NCBI GenBank assembly: GCA_030390025.1
Contig: JASTWF010000037.1
Location: 124,001-188,000 of the forward strand
Reading direction: 5' to 3'
DNA from: Squalus acanthias
Lineage: Eukaryota
DNA length: 64,000 bases
Of this stretch, positions 26,281-38,869 are shown one piece after another; positions within the stretch are counted from its first letter, which is position 1, and each line of letters opens with the position of its first letter. The notes beneath the pieces are model-generated. The model was given only the letters and a program-made list of their open reading frames with translations. It had not been told where the DNA came from and made no database searches. The translations under genes were made by a program, and so were the position numbers.

Positions 26281-26950
26281 TATTGAGGCAGTGTAGAAGG
26301 TGGAAAAAAGATTTACAAGGATGATTCGAGAACTGAGAGGTTTATAACCATCAGGAAAGACCAAACAGGCTGGGGGCTCTTTTCTCGAGAAGAGAGAAGG
26401 ATGAGGGGGTGACCTGAGAGAGGTCTTTACGATAATGAAGGGGTTCGATAGGGTAGACGTAGAGAAGATGTTTCCATTTGCAGGGGCAGACCGGAACTAG
26501 GGGCAATAAATATAAGATTCAAGATAATATTCAAGACAGAGATTGCTAGATTTTTGAATATTAAGAGAATCAAGGGATATGGGGGATAGTGCAGGAAAGT
26601 GGAGATGAGGTAGAAGATCAGCCATGATCTTATTGAATGGCGGAGCAGGCTCGAGGGGCCAAATGGCCGACTCCTGCTCCTATTACTTTTTATCTTGCTA
26701 AGACAGTCACTAATAAATCCAATCGGGAATTCAGGAGAAACTTCTTTACCCAGAGAGTGGTGAGAATGTGGAACTCGCTACCTCAGGGAGTGGTTGAGGC
26801 AAATAGCAGAGATACATTTAAGGGGAAGCTGGATAAACACATGAGGGAGAAAGGAATAGAAGGAGATGCTGATAGGGTGAGATGAAGAGGGGCGGGAGGA
26901 GGCTGGTGTGGAGCATAAACACCGGCAAGGACCAATTGAACCGAATGTGT
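26281..26950 (+). mobile_element. CR1 3' fragment with a nested second CR1 tail (about 26515-26700)
   Basis: RRNFFTQRVVRMWNSLP; two different 3' UTR types present. Confidence 0.75.
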
Positions 26951-27322
26951 TGTAATTTCCATATAATATTACTCAACAATTGGAGTTAGATTGGGATTAA
27001 ATGCACCCATGTTGGTAATGCTAACAGTGGGTGATGTGTAATCACAGTTGTTGGGATCTGTTGATGGTGTACTGTGTTATTTGACACTTCTCATTTGCAT
27101 GTCCTGCATTGGCTGCGGGCGAGGGGGGGGAGGGGGCGAGGTGGGGGGGGTAGTGGGGGGGTGCGGGGTGGGTGTGCTTATATGTTTGGGCTGCGCCAAC
27201 CCCGCTCTTAATAGAGGCAGCTCATGCTATAACGCCAAATTCGACAGACCCACACAGAGAAGGCTGGTTTGAAAGCGCACATCATACTGGTACAATAGGG
27301 GGCGCTCTTCTAGGGTTGGATT

Positions 27323-28257
27323 AGTGTAGAGGGAGCTTTACTCTGTATCTAACCCGGGCTGTACCTGCCCTGGGAGTGTTTGATGGGGCAGTGTAGAGGG
27401 AGCTTTACTCTGTATCTAACCCGGGCTGTACCTGCCCTGGGAGTGTTTGATGGGGCAGTGTAGAGGGAGCTTTACTCTGTATCTAACCCGGGCTGTACCT
27501 GCCCTGGGAGTGTTTGATGGGACAGTGTAGAGGGAGCTTTACTCTGTATCTAACCCGTGCTGTACCTGCCCTGAGAGTGTTTGATGGGACAGTGTAGAGG
27601 GAGCTTTACTCTGTATCTAACCCGTGCTGTACCTGCCCTGGGAGTGTTTGATGGGACAGTGTAGAGGGAGCTTTACTCTGTATCTAACCCGTGCTGTACC
27701 TGCCCTGGGAGTGTTTGATGGGGACAGTGTAGAGGGAGCTTTACTCTGTATCTAACCCACGCTGTACCTGCCCTGGGAGTGTTTGATGGGACAGTGTAGA
27801 GGGAGCTTTACTCTGTATCTAACCCATGCTGTACCTGCCCTGGGAGTGTTTGATGGGACAGTGTAGAGGGAGCTTTACTCTGTATCTAACCCGTGCTGTA
27901 CCTGCCCTGGGAGTGTTTGATGGGACAGTGTAGAGGGAGCTTTACTCTGTATCTAACCCGTGCTGTACCTGCCCTGGGAGTGTTTGATGGGATAGTGTAG
28001 AGGGAGCTTTACTCTGTATCTAACCCGTGCTGTACCTGCCCCAGGAGTGTTTGGTGGGACAGTGTAGAGGGAGCTTTACTCTGTATCTATCTCGTGCTGT
28101 ACCTGTCCTGGGAGTGTTTGGTGGGACAGTGTAGAGGGAGCTTTACTCTGTATCTAACCCGTGCTGTACCTGTTCTGGGAGTGTTTGATGGGACAGTGTA
28201 GAGGGAGCTTTACTCTGTCTCTAACCTGTGCTGTACCTGCCCTGGGAGTGTTTGATG
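27323..28257 (+). repeat. 67-bp satellite array, about 14 copies
   Basis: Same unit as 6561-8569. Confidence 0.96.
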
Positions 28258-28827
28258 CCGACGCTGGGTACCTGAAAGTAATTATGTTTCTTTCCCTGGT
28301 GCTATCATCCCTCAGTTTGATGAGGTCAAAATCCACATCCTGACTCTTCCATGGACTAAGTAAGGAAGACAGCTTTTTCATTGAAAATGAACTTCTGGAA
28401 CATCTCCTTGGCAGACGTGTGTCAGTGGGGGGAGGACAATCACCTGTGCTGGTTCCTGAGCTTTTCAGTGTGCAGCCTAAGTCTGATTAGCGAGTGAAGC
28501 ACGGTGTAGAAGATATTGGAAGACTGTCCAATCTTTGGATTTGGATTTGAATTTGGACCCATATTTAGACCCAAAATGGCTGCCTTGGCCACAGAGCGTC
28601 TAAACTCCGGCCGCTCCACTCCGCTCCTGTCCTGCGCAGCCAGTGCGACTAGAACGAGGGGGCCTCCGTCAGGCACTTGGGCCCCGTGACTAAAAAAAAA
28701 AAAAATATCGCGCACCCCAGATCGCGCCAACACTGAAAGAGGAGCGGGGGGGGGGGGGGGGAAACGAAACTGTACGCTTTGTTTATTTTCCGCTTTCTCC
28801 GCGTAACCGCGCAAATGGTTTCCACCG

Positions 28828-29195
28828 TGTCTCATCCCTTGTTTGCAAATCCCTCCAGGGCCTCGCCCCCCTCCCCATCTCTGTAATCTCCTCCAGCCCT
28901 ACAAGCCTCCGAGATCTCCGCGCTCCTCCAATTCGGGCCTCTTTGCGCGTCCCCCCGATTTTAATCGCTCCACCATTGGCGGCCGTGCCTTCAGCTGCCT
29001 GGACCCTAAGCTCTCGAAGTCCCACCCTAAACCTCTCCTTCCTCCTTTAAGACGCTCCTTAACACCGACCTCTTTGACCAAGCTTTTGGTCGCCTGTCGT
29101 ATTATCTCCTTATGTGGCTCGCTGTCAAATTTTGTTTGATGATCACTCCTGTGAAGCACCATGGGACATTTTACTACGTTAAAGGCGCCGTATAT
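28828..29195 (+). mobile_element. L2 3' fragment
   Basis: RSTIGGRAFSCL.PKL; L2 tail. Confidence 0.78.
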
Positions 29196-29597
29196 AGAAG
29201 AATGAGAGGGGATCTCATCGAAACATATAAAATTCTGACAGGACTGGACAAACTAGATGCAGGAAGAATGTTCCCGATGGTCGGAGAGTCCAGAACCAGG
29301 GGTCACAGTCTAAGGATAAGGGGTAAGCCATTTAGGACAGAAATGAGGAGGAATTTCTTCACCCAGAGAGTGGTGAACCTGTGGAATTCTCTACCACAGA
29401 AGGCAGTTGAGGCCAATTCATTAAATATATTCAAGAATGAGTTAGATATATTTCTTAAAGCTAAAGGGATCAAGGGATATGGGGAGAAAGCAGGGACAGG
29501 GTACTGAATTTGGATGATCAGCCATGATCTCATCGAATGGCGGAGCAGGCTCGAGGGGCCGAATGGCCTACTCCTGCTCCTATCTTCTATGTTTCTA
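29196..29597 (+). mobile_element. CR1/HER1 3' fragment
   Basis: RRMRGDLIETYKIL...KAKGIKGYGEKAGTGY*. Confidence 0.9.
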
Positions 29598-30211
29598 TAT
29601 AAATGCAAATTGTGTCAAGTTATTTTAAAACCTTATGCGTGCCTCAAAGTCTTCCGGCTGTACATATCAGAGAGTTTTTTAATCGGGTCACTATGACGTA
29701 CCACAGCCCCCTCCTCCTGCCCCCCCACCCCCACCCTCCCTCCTGACGGGTCCTTCGAGTTAACAAAGGGCATCTTCTCTCAGCACCAACTGAAGCCCCT
29801 TTTATTACACAGGTTGCCTCGAAGGTGCCTCCGCGTTCTGCACGGCCTCGAACGCAAGGCCCAAAGGCTCCCTGGATCTGGGAGAAGGTTCTGGAAAGCA
29901 GTGTTCTGATTTTTGAAAAGGCAAATTAATTATTATTTTTTTTTTAAATCGTATTTTCAGGACCTTGACCTATTTAAGCACAGCAACTTGCGTTGATGTC
30001 GCGCCGTTAACGTTGAAGGTGCTTCAACCCGGCGTTAGGAAAATAATCGGGGCCGCTCCAAAGTCGGAGAGATTTAGGAGGGGGCCGAGCAAAGGCTCGG
30101 GCATTCAGGAGGGTCTTAAAGGGGCAGAAGGAGGCGAGCGGCAGAGGGGAGAGGTTTAGGGAGGGAATTCCAGAGCCGTGGGCCTAGGTGGCTGAAGGAA
30201 CAGCCGCCAAC

Positions 30212-30775
30212 GCTAGTTAGGCCACAGCTGGAACACTGAGTGCAGTTCTGGTCGCCACACTATAGGAAGGATGTGATTGCATTGGAGAGGGTGCAGAGGA
30301 GATTCACCAGGATGTTACCTGGGCTGGAGTGCTTCAGCTATGAAGAGAGACTGGACAGGCTGGGGTTGTTTTCCTTAGAGCAGAGAAGGCCGAGGGGGGA
30401 CCTGATTGAGGTGTACAAAATTATGAGGGGCGTAGATAGAAAGGAACTTTTCCCCTTAGTAGAGGGGTCAATAACCAGGGGGCATAGTTTCAAGGTAAGG
30501 GGCAGGAGGTTTAGAGGGAATTTGAGGAGAAACTTTTTCACCCAGAGGGTGGTTGGAATCTGGAACTCACTGCCTGAAAGGATGGTAGAGGCAGGAACCC
30601 TCACAACATTCAAGAAGCATTTAGATGAGCACTTGAAACGCCATAGCATGCAAGGCTACGGACCAAGTGCTGGAAAATGGGATTAGAATAGACAGGGCTT
30701 GATGGCCGGCGTGGAGACGATGGGCCGAAGGGCCTCTTTCTGTGCTGTATAACTCTATGACTCTATCTATGACTC
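30212..30775 (+). mobile_element. CR1 3' fragment
   Basis: [26 protein letters not shown]...GKWD*; (CTCTATGA)n tail. Confidence 0.9.
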
Positions 30776-30814
30776 AATCGTGGTGCGAAGGGAGTGGGGG
30801 ACGGACAAGAGGCA

Positions 30815-31170
30815 CCTTAAAAATGTCCCAAGGCGCCTCACAATATCGTTATCAAACGAAATTTGACGCCAAGCCTCATAAGGAGATATTAGGGGGCAGG
30901 TGACCGAAAGCTTGGTCAAAGAGGTAGGTTCTAAGCAGCGTCTTAAAGGAGGAGGGAGAGAGAGGCGGAGAGGGTTAGGGAGGGAATCCCAGAGCTTGGG
31001 GCCCAGGCGGCTGAAGGCACGGCCGCCAATGGTGGAGCGATGAAACTCGGGGATGTGCAAGAGGCCAGATTTGGAGGAGCGCAGAGATCTCGGAGGGTTG
31101 TAGGGCTGGTGGAGGCTCCAGAGATAGGGAGGGGGAGTGGAGGCGCGAGGGATTTGAAAACACGGGCAAG
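30815..31170 (-). mobile_element. L2 3' fragment
   Basis: Same L2 family as above. Confidence 0.75.
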
Positions 31171-31570
31171 ACTTTCAGATCTAAGCTGTTTGTTAGGATT
31201 GGGTTCAGTGGGGGCGTCAGTGGCTGGCACAGCGGGAAAAGTAAAGTTGGAAGATTCTCGCCAGCCGACTATACAAGAACCCTCCCCCTTTAATTTCACC
31301 CCCCCCCCACTCCTCTCCGCGCTCCCTGCACATCACAAGCTAGGCAGCCCTCACTCACCCCAATAGGAAATGAACTGTAATCCCAGAGAAGATCTTGGCC
31401 TGGCTGAAAGGTGTCTTGGGAGTGAGGGAAGAGCTTGGCTCCAGTTCAAGCTGGTGGCTGATTTCCCGGCCTCCCTCGGCTGTAGTCGAAGATGTCCTCC
31501 AGCTTGTCTCAGCCCCGCTCGGTCCCCATTTAGAGTTCTTCCTCTCGGAACTTGAAGTGTCAGCTGTGCC

Positions 31571-32186
31571 TCTTCTTCTTCTCAGGCATTCCCTCGGAAC
31601 CGAGGATGTCTTGCTTCCGCATTAAAAATGAGTTCTCAGGTGACTGATGAGTCCAATGCGGGACCTACAGTCTCTGTCACAGGTGGGGGCAGACGGTGGT
31701 TGAAGGGGCGGGTGGGTGGGGTGCTTGGATTGACGTGCGCTCCTTCCGCTGTTTGTGCTTGGCTTCCGCTTGCTCCCGGCGAAGAGACTCGAGGTGTTCG
31801 GCCGGTGCCTTCCCGGATGCTTCTCCTCCACTTTGTGCGGTCTTGGGCCAGGGATTCCCAGGTGTCGGAGGGGATGTTGCACTTTTTCAAGGAGGCTTTG
31901 AGGGTGTCCTTGAAGCGTTTCCTCTGCCCACCTGGGGCTCTCTTGCCGTGTCAGAGCGCTTGCTTTGGGAGTCTCGTACCGGGCATGCGGACGATGTGGC
32001 CCATCCAGCGGAGCTGATCGAGCGTGGTCAAAGCTGCGATGCTGGGGATGTTGGCCTGAGCGAGAACACTGACGTTGGTGCGCCTATCCTGCCAATGGAT
32101 TTGCAGGATCTTGCGGAGGCAACGTTGGTGGTACCTCTCCAGTGCTTTGAGGTGCCTGCTGTACATGGTCCATGTCTCTGAAGCAT
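31571..32186 (-). mobile_element. RTE-clade LINE 3' fragment
   Basis: LKALERYHQRCLRKILQIHWQD...LRWMGHIVRM...CDRDCRSRIGLISHLRTH; (GAA)n tail. Confidence 0.88.
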
Positions 32187-32189
32187 GGG

Positions 32190-32205
32190 TTTAGCACTCT
32201 CTTCA

Positions 32206-32237
<32 letters not shown>

Positions 32238-32880
32238 GCCCCACTCCAGAGACTTGAGCCCTTAATCTAGGCCAACACTTCCAGTGCGGTACTGAGAGAG
32301 TGCTGCACTGTCGGAGATGCCGTCTTTTGGATGAGACGTTAAACCCGAGGCCCCGTCTACCCTCTCAGGTGGACATAAAACATAAGAACATAAGAAATAG
32401 GAGCAGGAGTCGGCCATTCAGCCCCTCGAGCCTGCTCCGTCATTCAATAAGATCATGGCTGATCTTCTACCTCATACCCACTTTCCTGCACTATCCCCAT
32501 ATCTCTTGATTCCCTTAATATTCAAAAATCTATCGATCTCTGTCTTGAATATACTCAACGACTGAGCCTCCACAGCCCTCTGGGGGAGAGAACTCCAAAG
32601 ATTCTCCACCCTCTGAGTGAAAGATCCCACGGCCACTATTTCGAAGAAGAGTTTGCCCTGGGGGCCAATATTTATCCCTCATTCAACATCATGAAAAAAA
32701 AACCCCAGATAATCTGGTCATAAATCACGTTGCTGTTTGTGGGAGCTTACTGTGCGCCAATTGGCGGCCGCGTTTCCCACATCCCGACAGTGACTCCACT
32801 TCAAAAAGTGCTTCATTGGCTGTGAAGAGCTTTGGGACGTCCTGAGGTGGTGAAAGGCGCTGGAGAAATCCACGTTCTGT
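32190..32880 (+). mobile_element. Deu-domain SINE with a nested minus-strand CR1 tail (about 32379-32620)
   Basis: SINE halves flank the CR1 fragment. Confidence 0.75.
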
Positions 32881-33245
32881 TTTTCCTGCCTCCTGTTTCA
32901 AATTTGTGCCTCATTTGCCAGAAAGGTCATCCACAAATCTCTGTTCTGAGAAACCAGCCTGGCTGTAAAACAAAAACTCGGCTTCAATATGATCTTGGAA
33001 AGCGCTTTTGGTTAAACTGGAATTTTTGTTATGCCTTTGAGGCCTATAATTCTCCTTTGCTCCCCTTTCCTTCCCCTCCTTTATAAAAGCGCTGGTTAGG
33101 CCACAACTGGAGTATTGCGTCCAGTTCTGGTCACCGCACTTTAGGGAGGATGTGAAGGCACTTGAGAGGGTGCAGAGGAGATTTACCAGAATGGTTCCGG
33201 GGATGGGGGGATCTTGGCTACAAGGACAGGTTGGAGAAGCTGGAT

Positions 33246-33758
33246 CAATAGCAAAATACTGCGGATGCTGGAAAACTGAAATAACAACAGAAAACGCTGG
33301 AAAAACTCAGCAGGCCAGGCAACATCCGTGGAGAGAGAAACAGAGTCAACGTTTCAGGTCGAGGAACAGCACCTCATCTTCCGATTAGGCACTTTACAGC
33401 CTTCCGGACTCAATATCGAGTTCAACAATTTCAGATCATAACCTCGGCCCCTACCATATATATATATATATATTTTTCTGACGAAAGGTCATCGACCTGA
33501 AACGTTAACTCTGTTTCTCTCTCCACGGATGTTGCCTGGCCTGCTGAGTTTTTCCAGCGTTTTCTGTTGTTATTTCAGTTTTCCAGCATCCGCAGTATTT
33601 TGCTATCGTCTCTCTTACTCTTGCCAGTCTGTCTCTACCTCTGTCTGTCTCTTTTTCTGCCTCTCTCTCTCTTGCTTTCTGTCCCTCTCACACTTTCGAT
33701 TTGTGTCTCTCTATTTCTCCCTCTCACTGTCCCTCTTTCTTTCTCTTTCTCCGCCTGT
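33246..33758 (+). mobile_element. PLE family A insertion: 5' inverted arm, GIY-YIG C-terminal stub, hammerhead, captured tail, 28-bp TSD
   Basis: 33361-33441 encodes [26 protein letters not shown], typical of a PLE endonuclease end. Inverted arms about 33248-33362 / 33492-33606. TSD CTACAAGGACAGGTTGGAGAAGCTGGAT at 33218-33245 and 33759-33786. Confidence 0.88.
33474..33510 (+). ncRNA. Minimal hammerhead ribozyme motif (stem I weakened by an adjacent deletion)
   Basis: tttt-CTGACGA-a-aggtc-atc-gacct-GAAA-cg-TT-aact. Confidence 0.65.
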
Positions 33759-33989
33759 CTACAAGGACAGGTTGGAGAAGCTGGATTTGTTTTCATTAGA
33801 GCAAAGGAGGTTGAGGGGTGATTTGATAGAGGTGTACAAGATTATGACGGGTTTGGATAGGCTAGACGGGGAAAGGCTGTTCCCACTAGTTGATGGTACA
33901 AGGACTAGGGGACACAGATTTAAGGTTTTGGGCAAGAGATACAGAGGGGATGTGAGGAAAAACTTTTTTATGCAGCGAGTGGTGAGGAC

Positions 33990-34616
33990 ATAGAAGAAAC
34001 ATAGAAACATAGAAAAATAGGAGCAGGAGTAGGCCATTCGGCCCTTCGAGCCTGCTCCGCCATTCAATATGATCATGGCTGATCCTCTATCTCAATACCA
34101 TATTCCCGCTCTCTCCCCATACCCCTTGATGCCTTTTGTGTCTAGAAATCTATCTATCTCCTTCTTAAATATATTCAGTGACTTGGCCTCCACAGCCTTC
34201 TGTGGTAGAGAATTCCACAGGTTCACCACCCTCTGAGTGAAGAAATTTCTCCTCATCTCAGTCCTAAATGTCCTACCCCGTATCCTGAGACTGTGACCCC
34301 TCGTTCTAAACCCCCCAGCCAGGGGAAACATCCTCCCTGCATCCAGTCTGTCAAGCCCTGTCAGAATTTTATACGTTTCAATGAGATCCCCTCTCATTCT
34401 TCTAAACTCTGGTGAATACAGGCCTAGTCGACCCAATCTCTCCTCATACGACAGTCCTGCCATTCCAGGAATCAGTCTGGTGAACCTTCACTGCACTCCC
34501 TCTATGGCAAGTATATCCTTTCTTCGGTAAGGAGACCAAAACTGCACACAGTACTCCAGGTGTGGTCTCACCAAGGCCCTGTATAACTGTAGTAAGACAC
34601 CCTTGCTCCTGTACTC
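33990..34616 (-). mobile_element. Young CR1/HER1 3' fragment
   Basis: ...DTKGIKGYGERAGIWY*; near-identical to 44777-45384. Confidence 0.9.
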
Positions 34617-35421
34617 AAGGAGAGGACAAGTAGATTTAAAGTGAATCCCAGGTTTTATAAATGGGACATTTAGTACAAGGAGTGGTGAGAATGCGGAACT
34701 CGTTACCACAAAGAGCATAGATATGTTTAAGGGGAAGCTCGATAAACACAGGAGGGAGAAAGGAACAGAAGGATATGTTGGTGGGGTGAGATGAAGAGGG
34801 GTGGGAGGAGGCTGGTGTGGAGCAGAAACCCCGGCACGGACCGGTTGGGCGGAATGGCCTGTTTCTGTGCTGCAAGTTCTGTGTAAAAGTGGGGCAGAGA
34901 GGAAGCCAGAGTCTGTTTAACCACAAGTTGGGAAATTCAAGCCAGTCCCGACCAGTGCAGTGAGGGAGATCTCTGTTTTGTGTTTATTTGTTCATCATGG
35001 CTTGGCTGGGGAATGCACTGACTGTTTTTGTTTCTTGACGCTTCCAGTAAGTTTGGTGTCGGTAATAAGCCCAGAGGGTTTTAATAAAGCTGCCCCGAGA
35101 AGCACCAGCTTGCTGCGGCCGCTCTGCCAGGCACGGCTGGATTTACATCGGGCAGGGACCTCTACTGGTTCCTGGGACCAATTACACCGAGTGTAGGGAA
35201 GGAGAAACTATTGAGAAGGAATGCAGTTGTGCTCAGTGCCCACGGGTTTAGGGAGGGGACGGTGGGGAGGGGATGGGGACGAAATCGCGCAATAGTTATG
35301 GAGGAGGGAGGCCATTCAGCCCATCATAACCTCATCCATCATTCCCACATTCCTGCTTCTGATTGCAAACGATTAACCGCCGCCCCCCACCCCCACACCC
35401 GACCCCCGCCTTGCTAGAAAG

Positions 35422-36510
35422 CGGCCGTGCGGACAGGAAGGGGCCGGACTGTGATGCACCCCATGGTCGATTGTCGTGCAGACAGGATGGGACTGCACTG
35501 TGATGCCTCCCACGGTCGATCGTTGTGTGGACAGGAAGGGGCCAGACTGTGAGGCCTCCCGCGGTCGATCGTTGTGTGGACAGGAAGGGGCCAGACTGTG
35601 ATGCCTCCCACGGTCGATCGTTGTGTGGACAGGAAGGGGCCGGACTGTGAGGCCTCCCGCGGTCGATCGTTGTGCGGACAGGAAGGGGCCGGACTGTGAG
35701 GCCTCCCGCGGTCGATCGTTGTGCGGACAGGAAGGGGCCGGACTGTGAGGCCTCCCGCGGTCGATCGTTGTGCGGACAGGAAGGGTCCGGACTGTGAGGC
35801 CTCCCGCGGTCGATCGTTGTGCGGGCAGGAAGGGGCCGGACTGTGAGGCCTCCCGCGGTCGATCGTCATGTGGACAGGTTGGGGGCCGGACTGTGAGGCC
35901 TCCCGCGGTCGATTGTTGTGCGGGCAGGAAGGGGCCGGACTGTGAGGCCTCCCGCGGTCGATCGTCATGTGGACAGGTTGGGGGCCGGACTGTGAGGCCT
36001 CCCGCGGTCGATCGTCATGTGGACAGGAAGGGGCCGGACTGTGATGCCTCCCGCGGTCGATCGTTGTGCGGGCAGGTTGGGGGCCGGACTGTGATGCCTC
36101 CCGCGGTCGATCGTTGTGCGGGCAGGTTGGGGGCCGGACTGTGATGCACCCTGCGGTCGATCGTCATGTGGACAGGAAGGGGCCGGACTGTGATGCCTCC
36201 CACGGTCGATTGTCATGTGGACAGGAAGGGGCCGGACTGTGATGCACCCTGCGGTCGATCGTCATGTGGACAGGAAGGGGCTGGACTGTGAGGCCTCCCA
36301 CGGTCGATTGTTGTGCGGGCAGGAAGGGGCCGGACTGTGATGCACCCCGTGGTCGATCGTTGTGCGGGCAGGAAGGGGCCGGACTGTGAGGCCTCCCGCG
36401 GTCAATCGTTGTGCGGACAGGATGGGGCCGGACTGTGAGGCCTCCCGCGGTCGATCGTTGTGCGGGCAGGAAGGGACCGGACTGTGATGCCTCCCGCGGT
36501 CGATCGTCAT
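35422..36510. repeat. 49/50-bp CpG-rich minisatellite, about 22 copies
   Basis: Unit GGACAGGAAGGGGCCGGACTGTGAGGCCTCCCGCGGTCGATCGTTGTGC. Confidence 0.95.
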
Positions 36511-37332
36511 GGTGATGTGACAGCCACAAAAAGCAAAGCGTCCATTAGGAGCAGCCGGATTCACAGAGGATAGTCGAAGGGTCCGGCTCTCATTGGGGAG
36601 GATCGCTGGCTTCCTGGCGTAACTCCGCAGAAAATGGCAGACGGGCCCTCGGTATAAGGTCTCATCCGAGAGAAGGCAGCTCCGACAGTGCAGCACTCCC
36701 TCAGTACTGCACTGGGAGTGTCGGCCTGGATTATGCGCTCAAGTGTGGAGGGGTTTTGATCGGAAGAAACTGTTAGCACTGGCCGGAGAGTCGGTAACCA
36801 GAGGGCACAGATTTAAGGTCATTGGCAGAGAGGGGGAGATGAGGAGAATTGTTTTTACGCAACGATTTGGAACGCGCTGCCTGAAAGGGCAGGGGAAGCA
36901 GATTCAGTAGTAACTTTCAAAAGGGAAATTGGATGAATTCTTGAAAAGGAAAAATTTGCAGGGCTGTGGGGGAGAGAGGAAATAATTGGATCCTTATTTT
37001 TCAAAAGAGCTGGCCCAGACAAGACGAGCCAAATGGCCTCCTTCCATGCTACGCCATTCCACGATTCCCTGTCCCTGGAGTGGGAGCTGGAACCCACCTC
37101 ATTCTGACGCAGAGGCTGGGGTGCTACACACTGAACCAGGGCAGACAACACAACCTTCCAGCTTCCTTCAGCCTCAGTTTTGGTTCCAAGCCGGTTTGGA
37201 GGATTGCTGTCACTGTACCGGCACCTGGTGCCATCCAGAACAGTCCAGCTCGTTCCAACACGTTCCGAGGGACAGGCTGCAGACCGGATTTATCACAAAC
37301 CACCCAGAATCCCTGAAGTAACGTCACCCAGT

Positions 37333-38014
37333 GTCCCATCAAACACTCCCAGGGCAGGTACAGCACGGGTTAGATACAGAGTAAAGCTCCCTCGAAGCTG
37401 TCCCATCAAACACTCCCAGGGCAGGTACAGCACGGGTTAGATACAGAGTAAAGCTCCCTCTACACTGTCCCATCAAACACTCCCAGGGCAGGTACAGCAC
37501 GGGGTTAGATACAGAGTAAAGCTCCCTCTACACTGTCCCATCAAACACTCACAGGGCAGGTACAGCACGGGTTAGATACAGAGTAAAGCTCCCTCGAAGC
37601 TGTCCCATCAAACACTCCCAGGGCAGGTACAGCACGGGTTAGATACAGAGTAAAGCTCCCTCTACACTGTCCCATCAAACAACACTCCCAGGGCAGGTAC
37701 AGCACGGGTTAGATACAGAGTAAAGCTCCCTCTACACTGTCCCATCAAACACTCCCAGGGCAGGTGCAGCACGGGTTAGATACAGAGTAAAGCTCCCTCT
37801 ACACTGTCCCATCAAACACTCCCAGGGCAGGTACAGCACGGGTTAGATATAGAGTAAAGCTTCCTCTACACTGTCCCATCAAACACTCACAGGTCAGGTA
37901 CAGCATGGGTTAGATACAGAGTAAAGCTCCCTCTACACTGTCCCATCAAACACTCCCAGGGCAGGTACAGCACGGGTTAGATACAGAGTAAAGCTCCCTC
38001 TACACTGTCCCATC
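37333..38014 (-). repeat. 67-bp satellite array (reverse orientation), about 10 copies
   Basis: Reverse complement of the 6561-8569 unit. Confidence 0.96.
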
Positions 38015-38179
38015 AATATGTCTCAGCTCCAACAGCTATAGATCGCCACCTACTGCACCAGTGTTGTACTTTTTCATTTCCCGCACCAGCCATCCAGTCA
38101 TAGAGCCATAGTGGCCGGCATATTAACGGCAATTTTGTTCCTTGAGCTGGGGTCCAGCAGGAACTATGAACTAACCCTC

Positions 38180-38525
38180 TATGGCCTCGCAACTCCTTCC
38201 CTCCCCCAATCTCTGTAACCTCCTCCAGATCCTACAACCCTCCGAGATCTCTGCGCTCCTCCAATTCTGGCCTCTTGAGCACCCCCTGATTTTAATCGCT
38301 CCACCATTGGCGGCCGTGCCTTCAGCTGCCTGGGCCCTGAGCTCTGGAATTCCCTCCCTAAACCTCCCCGCCTCTCTTCCTCTCCTCCTTTTAAGATCCT
38401 CCTTAAAAACCGCATGAGCTTTTGGTCACCTGTCCTAATATGTGGCTCGGTGTCAAATTTTGCCTGATGCGACGCTCCTGTGACGTCTCACTATGTCGAA
38501 GGCGCTGTGTAAATGCGAGTTGTCA
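38180..38525 (+). mobile_element. L2 3' fragment
   Basis: Same L2 family. Confidence 0.75.
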
Positions 38526-38869
38526 TCGACAGGCCCATTTCACGTTGGGCCCTTACTGCTGCCCAGCAGAGGGACGGAAGGTGAGCTGTGGGCCTGGAGG
38601 TGAAAGGTCAGCCTCTGGGCCCACTGCACCCTCCGGTCGCGGCCCAGATCCCCTTTTCACCCAGCTGGCATTCCGAGCGAGGCTGGGCGCTGACTGTGAC
38701 CGGAGTTGCCAGGCTGTCACTTTGTCTCTGCTGCTGCCGATGATGAGGAGCAGCTGCACAGCTGGACGCAGTTACATCGCTGCTGGGAAGTGCTGTGTCC
38801 TGCTTGACGTCTGTTATTGATCCCGGCTCTGGGTCGGCAGCCAGCAAGGAGCTTGGGAAATGAAAGGAA

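Larger units (their letters stand above)
33085..34885 (+). mobile_element. CR1 3' sequence interrupted by a PLE (33246-33758) and a minus-strand CR1 (33990-34616)
   Basis: [15 protein letters not shown] ... resumes as DRLEKLDLFSLEQRRLRGDLIEVYK after the PLE. Confidence 0.8.

Noticed and set aside
21017..26286. 527-aa and 1179-aa ORFs (AQSGTVRHSP repeats)
   Set aside because: Translation of the 10-bp satellite in a stop-poor frame; no true ATG start, splice context or protein homology.
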